Origin: Curvularia clavata
Taxonomy: Eukaryota
Reading direction: 5' to 3'
Assembly: GCA_023920165.1 (NCBI GenBank)
Contig: CP089274.1
Location: forward strand, 5,456,001-5,520,000
Length of the DNA: 64,000 bases
Shown in pieces: positions 33,709 through 45,333 of the stretch; position 1 is the stretch's first letter; each line of letters starts with the position of its first letter. The translations under genes and the position numbers were made by a program. A model generated the notes under the pieces. That model did not search any database, was not told where the DNA came from, and was given only the letters and a program-made list of their open reading frames with translations.

Positions 33709-35561
33709 TTAACGTGCCTCCTCCCATCCCTTGTACAGACTAAGGTCTTCAGCTTTCACGCCTACCATTTCCTCCCTTACGCCTATGACGCCCACCTTAC
33801 CAGTTGCCTCTGGGTCCTTGTACTGTGCCAGCGAAGACTTGAGTGCTTGGACAATCACATCCTTGTCTTCTACAAGAAGGACAATGGCATCGAACCCACC
33901 GGCACCAGGGACAACGCCGCCGACGACACCGTTGAGATTTGAGCAGTAGTCTAGAAGACGAGTTTGCTGTGGCGGCTCGATCGGGACACCGGACTTCTCA
34001 CCCATGGAGCGGATCAAAGCACGGTTTTGAGCAATGATCTTACGCAGGGTGTCGTATTTGGAGAAATCGGCGCCTTGGTCGTCGGTAGCTAGACGGGTGA
34101 GTTCTGCAGCCAAGGCCTCGTTTCCTGCCTGCAGCTCGTTCCAAATGGCATTTGCTTCGTCGGGCTTATCTGCTCGCCATGCAAGAACCTTTTTGACCAT
34201 GCCTGGTGTCTCGCTGCCGCAGTCGACGTCGCACATGACGAGGCGAAGGCCCTTAGGCATCTTGATGGCGGCTTTTTTTATCTCCGTGTCCCATGCTGGG
34301 CCCTCGACGAGCGAGTGGAGCTTCGTTGCGAAGCCGGGACTGCCGGGTTGAGGAAGGTTGCTGAGAAGTGAGGGTGAGAAGCGCTTGTACAGACAGGATC
34401 CGAAGACGGCACTGGCAATGTCGAAGCCGGAGCCTACTTTGCCTTGGGCATATGAATGACTTGCCTGGGCGAGGTTATGCAGAACCATCTGGCCTTTTTC
34501 GGTGTTGATGTCGAAAAGGTCTTTTGGTAGGTAGAATTTTAGAACTGCAGCTGTGAAACTGGTGACTAGGGCGGCACTGCTGCCCAGTCCTGTCTTGTGG
34601 GCTTGTCGGAGAGTGACATTGAAGTCTTGGAAGCGCGAGACTTTGTTGGGTTCTGCGGCGATGTTTGCATTGCGAGGGGTGCCGGGGTTGGAGTAGTAGG
34701 CTTGGTCTGCTAGAATGCGGATGTTGGAGGGTTGGATGAGGGTATCAGGGAGAAGGGAGTGTATGTAGGTCAGGGCATAGGTGAGAGCAGTTTCTACAAA
34801 GGGGTTGCGGGACTGAGCGATAGATTGTTCGTGGCCGCTGGTAGATGTCAGTCAACTCTGTGGGAGAAGATAGCGAAGACGATTGTACAGTTGGCTTTTG
34901 AAGTCCGATTCCAGACTACAGCGTGAAGAAGATGATGACCATCATGAGGACTGTAGTATGCTCAACCCAACGCATCAATCATGTGACCGTGAGCAAGAGG
35001 CTGGCAGCATAGGGTAAACCCGGAACCCAGATGGACGCCTGAAACGACCTCGCTGAGGCAGCACAGTTTTGCTATATCACATGCAGATGCTCAAGATTCA
35101 CCGCTACCTCTCGTCGCTCTTGATCAAAAGCATGATTGGGCGATCCCAATGAGTGCATTACCCGATTGAGCAAAATAGATGAGCAGAGGCTTGGACTTGG
35201 ACGCAAAAGAAAAAAGAAAAGAAATCATTGATAGACAGGGTGCAGAATGCAAGACAGAAGCCAACAGGACAGACATGCAGGATACTTACATGCTGAGTTG
35301 GGTTATTGCCATGCCACCATCGTCCCCCTGCAGCCTATAGCCATACTCCCAAATGGCGCCACGAAACTGAGGGCTCGTTACGAGAATACCGTTGATGGAG
35401 ACGCCGGACCTAGTCTTGACAGGCTCGACCAGGGTGTGGATTCTGGCATCCAAGCCGAATACCAGGCCTGTGTAGTCGCGGTCGAGCACGAGGTAGCCAC
35501 CGGCGACTAGCACTTTGGCCGGACAAGAGACGGCTGTCGGGTTCAACGGCGCGTCCGACAT
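33709..35561 (-). CDS. ERG8: Phosphomevalonate kinase (GHMP kinase)
   Basis: SCPAKVLVAGGYLVL, NPFVETAL, HKTGLGSSAAL, AQGKVGSGFD, VPIEP, VPGAGGFDA; single intron 34838-35289. Confidence 0.93.
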
Positions 35562-36730
35562 GGCTGGGAAGTGGAGCAGTAGGAATGGATGACAGGGAAA
35601 GTAGCGGCAAAATGGGACAGTCGGACTTGGAAGAGTGCCGGGCTCGGGCAATGATGTTCGCGCAAGTGACTTTAGAGGGGGCTTGAGGCGGGCTGGCAGG
35701 CTGGCGAGCTTGCGGGGTGTGCAGGCTGATCTAGTAGTGCTAGAGGCAAAGGGACTGCAAGCGCGGTGGGTCTCGAATGCCACGACGCTCTTGCAGATGG
35801 TGTCGACACAGGTTGTCTTTTTTTTTCTTTTCGCAGTCTCCCTGCATGCGGCTACCGGGTGCGCGTTGTCAAGATCAGTGTCACGTGCGCCGGCGCAACG
35901 GCGATATTCGCCTCTGGACACGGGCGCTGGGATCGGAGCAGCGCACAGAGGCAGGCAAGCAATCACCTGCAGGTCACATTCTGGGGTGCAGCCGTCTTGT
36001 TCTCGTCGCTTGCCGTTCAGCTTGACTCATCCAGAGATCCAGAGAAGGCCATGGACAGCGGCGGTGCCAGAGACTGCCCGGAGACCGACATGGTGACCCC
36101 AGCACAGCCCAGGGCGCCTCTGCGCCATTGGCCCGGAAACCTTGTGCCCTCCCCGGCGCGAATTTTTCGGAAATGCTAGCGTCTTTAATGACGCTGACGA
36201 CCTCTGCACTCGAATCTTCCCTCGCAATTCCGCTAGCCTACTTGCCTTCGTGGCTGAACAATATCTTTCTCCAGGCCACAGCGTGCCGCATACTCCATCA
36301 ATCGCCCTTATCCATCTCTTCCTCACTCCAGCGTGACCCTGTCTCTGGAGCATTGGCCCAAGGTGCAACCATAGCCGGTTCACTCAGACACCTGCGTTTC
36401 CCCACATCTACCGCACGTACTCCTTACACCCGAAAAGCGCGTTTGTTTGACGGTCATCGTCAAATGAACCTGCACCGTCGCGTAGGGATCTCGAGAATAG
36501 TACGTAGCCACTTCTGATTTCGTCCTTCTGCCGCGACCGGCATTCGTGCGAGTTGCGCACCAAGACCATAATTCTGTTGCCTAAACACACAAAAAATCCG
36601 TCGCGAATCCGCACCCGCCTAACTCCGAGTCGCCGAAGCAACTTCGTCTTCAGACTCAAAGTCCTAGACTTCTCGTACTGACCACCCTCAGTCTCACCCT
36701 TTCTATCTGAAGGGCTCGTCAAATTCCTAA

Positions 36731-39700
36731 ATGGTCTTTAAGAGCTTCCACCTCGCGCGCCAGAGTCTTGCCAAAGGCTTCACTCACGGTTATGCTCAAT
36801 CAGTAGTTGCTGGTGTCAGCCAGAACAACCCCCTTGCTTCTCTCCAACACGACCGCTTCCGCAAAGGCCTCAAAAATCAACATGCTTTCACATCAACATC
36901 GTCGACCTCGAGTACCCTCAAGGCACTCACGGCTGCACAACCCGACCCACAAGACTCAGGTCTAGCCGCATACTACACTGCCTGGCAAAAGCACCAACGA
37001 ACCGAGGACAAGGAATGGTCGCAGTTCCAGTTCCGCAAGCTCATCGAATGGGACCCTTCCAGTGCCAAAAATGTGGCTGAGATCAAGGAAAGCAGCGTTG
37101 CGATCGAGGAGACGGCAGAGCCAGTTCCGGCTCCTGCTCGTAGTTCCGTCAACCGCGCATACAGCACCAGCCAGGTAGAGGATTTCAGGAAGGCTGTCGG
37201 GGGTGAAGAGGCGCAGGAGATTGCATTGGCCCAAGTAGACGAGGCAATCGCACAAGAGGTGGCAAAGCACAAGGCAGAGAACGAATCTGTACAAGCCGTC
37301 GAAGAGGTTTCTGCTGTTGAAGAGGTCCGCTCGCAATCCCCTGGAACCGTCGCGGATACTCTGGTAGAATCACCAACCTTCAGCCACACCGAATCAACCA
37401 TCGCCGCCAGCCCGATTGAAGCACACGATGAGTACACGGTACAACTCCAGAAGCTGGCCATCAACCGCAACTATGCCGAAGTCCCAGCCGTTTTCGAGGC
37501 TATGCTTCATTCGGACATCAAGCCATCAGTCACTGCGTACAATGCCTTGCTGTCCGCAGCGATACACCTTCCCCGTGCTCAGCATCAAGTTGTTCCCAAG
37601 GCTCTTGATGTTTACTCGGACATGCTTCGTCGCCGGGTCGTTCCCGACACCACTACATACACCACTCTCCTCGAGCTCCTTTCCGTCAGATCATTGGAAG
37701 TCATCTCTCTGAAGCAGAGCTTTGAAGACAGGCGACTTCGATATGGCGGAATGGAAGAAGAAGGAAGGTTTATGCTTCAGTCACACGAGACTGACTACGC
37801 CATCTTGGCCGAGGACGGGTCGCTGTCAATCGCTGTGAGGCTTTTCGATGCTGCTGTCAGCAGCGAATCTAGCCGTACCTTCTCGGAAAAGACTTACCGA
37901 TTGCTTGTTACTGCATGTGCGGAGAGCGACCGCGTAGAGGACATGGTGCGAATCTATTCGCACATGGAATCTCGTGGCGTAACTCCAGCTGCCGACATGT
38001 TCGTCCCCATGATCCACGCTTTCGGCAAGTCTGGTGACTTGAGGAGCGCGGTTGAGTGCTACGACGAATACAAGGCTCTCGCCATCTCGAACGACAATGG
38101 TGAGATTGACATGACCAGGAAAGACAATGACGTATACGCCGCCCTGGTCAAAGCGTACACGGTTTGCGACCGCCTAGAGGGTGCTCAAAAGTTTGTAGCG
38201 AAGATTGAAAGCGGACTCACTGCGCCCGAGGACGTCACTTCAGTTCGCGATATCGTAGGTCTCAAGGCTTTCCTTCCGGAGTGGTTGAAAAACGGCTCCT
38301 TCGAGGCTGCCTACGTACACGCTACCGAGTACCTCAGCCCACAAGCTCGTCAGATCGCCATGGCTGCCATTTGCATCAAGGCTGCCGACCGCGACGCTGT
38401 TGAGGTTGCTACTCAGGCTTTCGATGACCTGCCGGCCGAGGTTGACCTCTCTCGACCGGCTATGGCCATGGGAGCCATGCATATCCGCACTGGAAACATT
38501 GAAGCAGCCGAGATCTTTTGGAGGATGCTCGAGCTGTCACCCACGAAGCCCGACTTCATTGAGCCTACTGCCATGCACAGCATTGCGCTGATCGGCAGTG
38601 GTCAAGCGGAGCGCGGCCTTCGTCAGGGTCGTCAGATGTTTGCTCGCATACGGGACTCTCAGTCTGGCTCTACTCAGGCCAAGATGGAGATCGTAGAGCA
38701 CATTGACGAAGCTATCGAGGTTATGGGTCAGTTCATGATGAAGCGTGGCATCTTCCTTCCGCCGCGGGCTAGCATGGAACTGATGTGGACGATGATTGAA
38801 AACGGCGGCCTAGTCACCCCAGTTGCTCACCACCTACTTGCTGGAATGGGACCTGAGGCCGTTGTTCAACTCAACTTCGACGACATCACGCTCCTGATGC
38901 AGGTCCAATCCGGCATCCTCCTTCAGGAGGCCGAAGTTGATGTTGCTCACGCTGCACGGTTCGCCCATCTCCTCGAAGTCATCACTGCCACTGGCTCGCC
39001 AGTCAACAAGACGACATCCGGTCTGGTTGAACAGGTCCTCGCCAAGCTTGACAGAGGTGATCTTCAGCATCGTTGGTACGCTTACAAGCACTCTTCCCCA
39101 GAGGCTCTGTACTCTCCAGCACCGTTTGCTGGCTACCCTGTCCAAACGCCAACCACTCCCGCAGTCCCTACCTTTGAGGACCAGCACGATCCGTATGCTG
39201 CGTCCACTGATAACAAGGGATCAGTTGCTATCACCGAACTGCTGGAAAAGACCCACGGACGATCATCTACTCACCTCAATGAGGCTTTGATGAAGTTCAG
39301 GAACATGCGCCGGGCTGGCCGACACCCTCGCTTCTTCACTTATGCGAAGCTCATCACTGCTGCTGCGAAGGAAGACCGCTTGACCCTGGCCCACGACATC
39401 CTCAACTTTGCCAAGCAGGATGTTCCCCTCCTACCTCAGTACCGCATTGTCCGATACGGATGGGTCACTATTCTGGATGCCATGGTCGCTGCCTGCCTCA
39501 CTTGCAACCAGCGTGAGCTCGCCGGAAGGTATCACCAGGACCTGCTTGAGATGGGCGCTGCTCCTACTGCCAACACCTTTGGTCTTTACATCACTACCCT
39601 CAAGGAGTCTACCAAGACCTTTGATGAGGCTACCGAAGCCGTCAAGATCTTCCTCCGCGCAAAGGCTGAGGGTGTTGAGCCTTCATCGTTCCTTTACAAC

Positions 39701-40603
39701 GCTCTCATTGGCAAGCTCGGAAAGGCCCGTCGCATTGACGACTGCCTTTTCTACTTCTCTGAGATGCGCAACCTTGGTATCCGTCCTACTTCTGTCACTT
39801 ACGGCACCATTGTCAACGCTCTTTGCCGTGTGAGTGACGAGAAGTTTGCCGAGGAGCTGTTCGAGGAGATGGAGAGCATGCCTAACTACAAGCCTCGTCC
39901 TGCTCCTTACCACAGCATGATGCAGTTCTTCCTGACTACCAAGCGCGACCGCAGCAAGGTTCTCAGCTACTATGAACGTATGCGTGCGAAGCGCATCGAG
40001 CCTACTACGCATACGTACAAGCTACTGATTGACACGTACGCTACGCTTGAGCCTGTCGATATGGAGGCTGCTGAGAAGGTCCTTGAGCAAGTCCGCGCTG
40101 CCGGTGCTGTTCCGGAAGCTGTCCACTACTCGTCCTTGATTCACGCCAAGGGCTGTGTGATGCACGACATGGAGGGTGCTCGTCAGCTTTTCGACACTGT
40201 TCTTAGCGACAGCCGCACGCGTCCCCAGGCCTGCCTCTACCAGGCGCTGTTCGAAGCCATGGTTGCCAACCACCAGATTGCGGACACGGAGCCTGTGTTG
40301 GTTGACATGCGCGCTCGTGGTGTTGAGATGACTCCCTACATTGCCAACTCATTGATTCACGGCTGGGCGCTCGCTCACAACATTGAGAAGGCAAAGGCCA
40401 TTTACGACTCGGTTCCCGAAAGCAAGCGTGAGCCCAGCACCTACGAGGCCATGACGCGTGCCTACATGGCTGTCGAGGACCGCTCGGCTGCCATGACTGT
40501 CGTCAACGAGGGACTGTCTCGCGGCTACCCTGCCGCTGTCGCTGGCAAGATTCTCGAGCTTGTCGGTGGTGGTCGCGCCCCCGTACCCGAGGTCACTGTC
40601 TAG
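36731..40603 (+). CDS. Large mitochondrial pentatricopeptide-repeat protein (Ppr5-like)
   Basis: 1290-aa ORF with many 35-aa PPR units (PSVTAYNALL, PDTTTYTTLL, PSSFLYNALIGKLGK, PTSVTYGTIVNALC, PTTHTYKLLI); basic N-terminal presequence-like segment. Confidence 0.88.
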   Translation: MVFKSFHLARQSLAKGFTHGYAQSVVAGVSQNNPLASLQHDRFRKGLKNQHAFTSTSSTSSTLKALTAAQPDPQDSGLAAYYTAWQKHQRTEDKEWSQFQFRKLIEWDPSSAKNVAEIKESSVAIEETAEPVPAPARSSVNRAYSTSQVEDFRKAVGGEEAQEIALAQVDEAIAQEVAKHKAENESVQAVEEVSAVEEVRSQSPGTVADTLVESPTFSHTESTIAASPIEAHDEYTVQLQKLAINRNYAEVPAVFEAMLHSDIKPSVTAYNALLSAAIHLPRAQHQVVPKALDVYSDMLRRRVVPDTTTYTTLLELLSVRSLEVISLKQSFEDRRLRYGGMEEEGRFMLQSHETDYAILAEDGSLSIAVRLFDAAVSSESSRTFSEKTYRLLVTACAESDRVEDMVRIYSHMESRGVTPAADMFVPMIHAFGKSGDLRSAVECYDEYKALAISNDNGEIDMTRKDNDVYAALVKAYTVCDRLEGAQKFVAKIESGLTAPEDVTSVRDIVGLKAFLPEWLKNGSFEAAYVHATEYLSPQARQIAMAAICIKAADRDAVEVATQAFDDLPAEVDLSRPAMAMGAMHIRTGNIEAAEIFWRMLELSPTKPDFIEPTAMHSIALIGSGQAERGLRQGRQMFARIRDSQSGSTQAKMEIVEHIDEAIEVMGQFMMKRGIFLPPRASMELMWTMIENGGLVTPVAHHLLAGMGPEAVVQLNFDDITLLMQVQSGILLQEAEVDVAHAARFAHLLEVITATGSPVNKTTSGLVEQVLAKLDRGDLQHRWYAYKHSSPEALYSPAPFAGYPVQTPTTPAVPTFEDQHDPYAASTDNKGSVAITELLEKTHGRSSTHLNEALMKFRNMRRAGRHPRFFTYAKLITAAAKEDRLTLAHDILNFAKQDVPLLPQYRIVRYGWVTILDAMVAACLTCNQRELAGRYHQDLLEMGAAPTANTFGLYITTLKESTKTFDEATEAVKIFLRAKAEGVEPSSFLYNALIGKLGKARRIDDCLFYFSEMRNLGIRPTSVTYGTIVNALCRVSDEKFAEELFEEMESMPNYKPRPAPYHSMMQFFLTTKRDRSKVLSYYERMRAKRIEPTTHTYKLLIDTYATLEPVDMEAAEKVLEQVRAAGAVPEAVHYSSLIHAKGCVMHDMEGARQLFDTVLSDSRTRPQACLYQALFEAMVANHQIADTEPVLVDMRARGVEMTPYIANSLIHGWALAHNIEKAKAIYDSVPESKREPSTYEAMTRAYMAVEDRSAAMTVVNEGLSRGYPAAVAGKILELVGGGRAPVPEVTV

Positions 40604-41690
40604 TCGGCTCTCTGGTCTCACCTTTATGTCTTCTTTGATTCACCGCCTTGTGGCGTTTCAATCATACACTTTTTTTTACTCGATTTTTCCTTTAGACGGC
40701 CGAACGAACCCAAAAAGAATTTTTCAAAACAGCCCCCGCATTGCTGTAGAGCGGTCTTTTTTTTCGCTCCGGCAGCGCGGCTGGGCTACCAATACCTCAA
40801 TGTTTTTCTGCAATGTCGCTTCTCTTGTGTTCTAGCGACGGCGTTTTTCATCTCCCCGGTTCTCGGTTTTTGTACCTTTTTTCCAGTTTCTGTCTGTTGT
40901 TTCTTTTTTTCTTCAGATCCGAAGCGAAACGATATCCCCGCAATTCAGCAATGGGAGCTGGTGGGTCGGTTAGGTTATTTTTTTCTGGCGTCCTGTGTGT
41001 AAACAATGGGACGGGTAAAAGGGAGAGAAGGGCCTGGTTGGCTGACCTGATTCTAGTAACAGGGCTGGGTTATAGGAATGGGAGATGTCATGTAATGTAA
41101 GAACCACCATTAGCATACGTTGTTATGTTTTTTTTTTACTTGGAGCATGGGCAGCATGATGGTGTTTTTTTCCTGGTGGGAATTTGTAACAATACCCTTT
41201 GGATGTATACCATCTCTCCTCTCTAGAGTTATACAAGGTGGTGGTTGGTTGGTTGGGTAGATAGTATATGTCTTTCTTGCCTGTAAAAGGTATGAAAGAC
41301 GTGTCTGATGAACGAAAATGAAAAATACATATAACAAAGTCTTGATCTTCTAGTGGTTAAAGATATAAATTAACTCTGTGCGTGTTCAGTAGAACAAAAG
41401 CATGGTGTGTCGAAGGAAGTGTAGCACAACACCCTTTCCCCTTCGTTTTAGTAAATCAGTCGATGATTACAAAAAAGGGTGTAAAATTAGTATCATCAAT
41501 CGTAAAGAATCTATGGGTTCCCCAAATGCCTTCGCCGTAAATGCAACTATATACACATATCTGGCTGTAGGCCGCCTATCACTCACTCATCTCCACTTCT
41601 CTTGTATCTCAAGGTATCATCCAACTCCTCCGTTTACTCCCGTCGCTGAATACACAGCCCGCGCTTCCCGCGATACCATGTCATTCCGGC

Positions 41691-42102
41691 CTAGTTGTAA
41701 TTCCTCGTCTCCGTCGCTTGATCCGCTTCGCGCGCAAGGCGGTTCTCGTTAGCAGCTTGTTGCAGCGTTTGATTATTGGTCTGGCGTTTCTGCGCATCGA
41801 GTTTCTTCTGGAGGTCACCGGACGAGGATTTATTTGCGCGGGCCTGAGTTGTGTTGTGTTAGCTCTTTATATCAGCGTAGCCATTTGCTATCGCAAAAAC
41901 GTACCTCGGCAGCGGCGGCGGCAGCGGCTTTGGGGTCGCTCTCTCTGTTGCTGTCGCCTAGCGTGCGCGGTGGCCCTCCGACCTTTGGTTTTGCTGCATT
42001 GCTTGGTACGGAGGCCCTTGTGGCGGGCTCAGGCGCAGATCCGAGTGTGCGGCCTTGTCCTTCGAAGTTGTCTTTGGACTGTTTACCACAGAGGTTGCCC
42101 AT
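41691..42102 (-). CDS. Small probably myristoylated protein with SHP and VIM-like motifs (SVIP-like)
   Basis: Exons 42102-41905 and 41843-41691 (GTACGT...CTAAC...CAG) give 116 aa: MGNLCGKQSKDNFEGQGRTLG...DPKAAAAAAAEARANK...ETRNYN*. Confidence 0.8.
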
Positions 42103-42889
42103 GTGGAATGTAAGCCGTAGGGCAGGACTTTGGTGGCAATGGTAGGCGGGCGAGAGGAAGAAGGTAAGTAAAGAGAGAGGATATCAGGGCGACGTATGAC
42201 GATATCGTAAACCAGTTGTGGCTGTGCTACTCGAAGCTGGTGGAAGAAAGGGTCCAGCAAAGGTCAGCCTCGTCGGCGCGCGGGGGAAGGGCAAGGTCCA
42301 GTGCACTGATAGTTGGAGACGCGTGAGATTGGCGCCAAGTACCCGTCTCTTGGACTCCCATTTCCAGCGATGCCGCTTTTCCCTGCCGCCAACCCGTCCA
42401 TTTCTCTCCATTGGCTTCCAACAACGGGCTCGTCAGCGGGCCGGCGTGAATGATGCATATGGCAGCACTCAGTGCCATTTCACGTGAGTGGGTACGCTAG
42501 AATCGTAGTGCACACTGACATGCCGTGCCAGTTGCTACAACGGAGACAAGGCGGTGGCTCGCATGATACGGCCGTGTGAATATCATCGCCGTAGAGAGGG
42601 CTGCGAAGCGGTAGTCGAGGCTTCTTGCTCGGTGAAGAGCTTCACATTTCTTTTTCTAATGAGAGCGAGGCAACGTGCAGGCACACGACAGGCGATACGT
42701 CAATTCTGGAGCTGAAGAGATGGGCCAATGACGACAGATACAACTAAAGCCTTGAGCCCCCACGTGATTGGTGCGCGGGCTGCTCGCGAGACGCTAATCC
42801 ACATGCATCTTCTTTCCCTCGAGCGCTATGCATCCACCTAAGTTTTCAAATCTCTCTGATTGTAGAAACAAGTCGAAGAGGCTTGTCCA

Positions 42890-45333
42890 ATGAAGAGATC
42901 GCGTTCACGTACGTCAACCAAATCTTCCTTTCACGTCACCGCTGCTCCAAACCATGCAAATTCGAAGGTCCAGCTTGAGTACCGAGATGGCCTGCCCTGT
43001 AACACTTCGATAATGCTGGCCAACGAGCCAGTGACTCTGCCCCTCCAGCACAAGAACTCAAAGACGCTCAAAATGATTAACAGCTGTGCAGATTGCGACC
43101 GCGATTCAGCCTTTGGCGACGACGACGACAATTACCTCCGGGTTACAGAATCAATGTTTCCCACGCCTGTCGTCGCGGGCACAAAGCGGGATGCTACTGC
43201 GCTGCGAGATGACGCCCCCAAATCCACCCAGACAACGGGCCCGAGCTCACAAGAGTACCCTCTTGATCCCCAGCTGTGTTGCAAGAGGTGCCCGGAAAAC
43301 TGCCCAGAGGCTCCCGACGTGCGCCCGGCCAAACGCAAAGCTTCGGCTCACAAAGTTGGTGAATTTCACCATGTCACCAAAGACTCGTACCACGCTACCG
43401 AGCCAGAGGGCCAGTTTCCAGATGATTGCTTCGAAGCATTTTGCCAGGAGTGCAATCTAGAGTCGTCTTCCCATCTAGATTGCTCACTGCAGTGTCCTGC
43501 CGACGACTGTGCCGAGGACGACGCCTGCTTTGATCCCCGATGCACTCAGGAGAACGAACACTGTACGGACAACTGCATCGACCCGGACTGCACCAAGGTG
43601 GCTTGTCCAGACCAACCATGCTTCTGTCAGAAGTGCAACGCTCCACCTTGTCCCATGGGTGATCCCAACAACGAATGTCACTTCGCGCACACAGCTCCTA
43701 CACCCGTCGGTACTGTATATTGTTACGACGATGCGCCATGTCACTTTCAGCAAGGGCTTCATTGTGACCAAGGCAGTCTTTCATCCTTTGAGGCATATCC
43801 TTGCTTCTCCCAGAACCACGGCTACAATCCCGTCGACGATGTCACGACAGCCTCAAGCGCCCCGACCCCAGCCCTGTCGAACAGCAATTACACTTCGCTT
43901 GAGAGTGCATTCACAGCTGAACACTCACCAGCACCTGGCAAGACAGCCTTTGCACCACACTGTTTTCTGAACGTTTCTGGAGACCATTGTCACATTGACA
44001 ACTCGTGCTGCCACGGTCCCCGTCGAGCATGTGGCGACGCTCCTTCTGCATCCCAACAGCAATTGGATATGTGGAACGCATCCGTGGCACAGGGAAACGG
44101 GCTCGCTAACAACTTCATGAACTTTGGGTTCAATCCTAGTCTGCCTACTAGCCCGTTGTCAGTTGGCCAGAACTCCATACATTCAGCGAACCCTTTTAGC
44201 ATCGAAGATCCTGTCCTGGGCTTCCATGATCAGTCGTGGATGCTGACGGAATCCGCATTTCCGAATGCTTATCAGCCAGCGAGCTCGTTTGCTGGCATGA
44301 ACAAGCTTGATTTTCTTGCTTCTGCTGTCCAAAACGATATTCTGCGCCCAAATACCACAACTTCCTCCGGCTCAAGTACCCTGCCTGGTGCTGCTACTCC
44401 TGCTATTACCGGAGATACGCAAGCATGCGTTTGTAAATGGTAAGTTGAACTCGAGTATCTTGCGTTGCGGCCTAGCGATTACCTGGTTTTGTCAGACGAC
44501 TCTGGAACCTCCTTGCTATCTACAGTAATACAACATGTATACTAACCTTCATTTAGGCAACATGGTCCTGGCATCCTTTGTTTGGCCGTCTTCGACACCC
44601 CTGAGGCGCTTCACAAACACATTAAGACGGCACATGTGGACAACTGTGCGCACTGCTTCTGCCAGTGGGAAGGCTGCGATGCCTCAGCCAAAGACTTCAA
44701 GCAGCGCTCCAAGCTTTCTCGTCACCTCCTTGGCCATGCTGGCTACCGTCCATACGCATGCAGCTACGAAGGCTGCAACAAGACGTTTGCCACTAACCAG
44801 GCTAAAGACAATCACGAGAGGACGCACACGGGCGAACGTCCCTATGTATGCGATCGCTGCGGATATACAACAACCACGCATACACAGTTGCAAACCCATA
44901 TTAGCGCCCTGCACGAGGGCAAGAAGCCGCATAAATGCCGCTTCTGTGAGTTTACCTGCGCGGATTCAAGCAACTTGAGCAAACACGAAAGAACACATCA
45001 GGTAAGCCTTACACTCTTTCTCATTTCCATGCCCCTTTCTGCTTTCCCTGCTTCTCCCTTCAATGTCTGAAACTTACTAACAAACAAAAACAGACTCTCC
45101 GCCCTTACCGCTGTCCCCATACAAACTGCACCTTCAAGCCCGACTGCCGATGGGAAAATCTAAAGCGTCATCTCCGCCGCTCGGGTCACTGTCCGCAACT
45201 GCTCGTCGAGACCAGCAACGAGTACAAGTTATACCGCGAGAGTGTCCGCCATGAGATTGACGAGTGGCACAAGCGGAACGAGGACGGGCTGGGCAAGATG
45301 GGAAGGAGGAAGGGTGGGAGGACTGCCAAGTAG
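42890..45333 (+). CDS. C2H2 zinc-finger transcription factor (six fingers) with Cys-rich N-terminal region
   Basis: Introns 44440-44556 and 45002-45093; fingers CKW..C..H..H, CQWEGC, CSYEGC..HTGERPY, CDRC, CRFC, CPHTNC; stop at 45333. Confidence 0.88.

Noticed and set aside
35562..36730. N-terminal extension of the ERG8 ORF and several short ORFs
   Set aside because: Non-ATG or low-complexity frames in the divergent ERG8/PPR promoter; ERG8 homology begins at MSDAP (35561).
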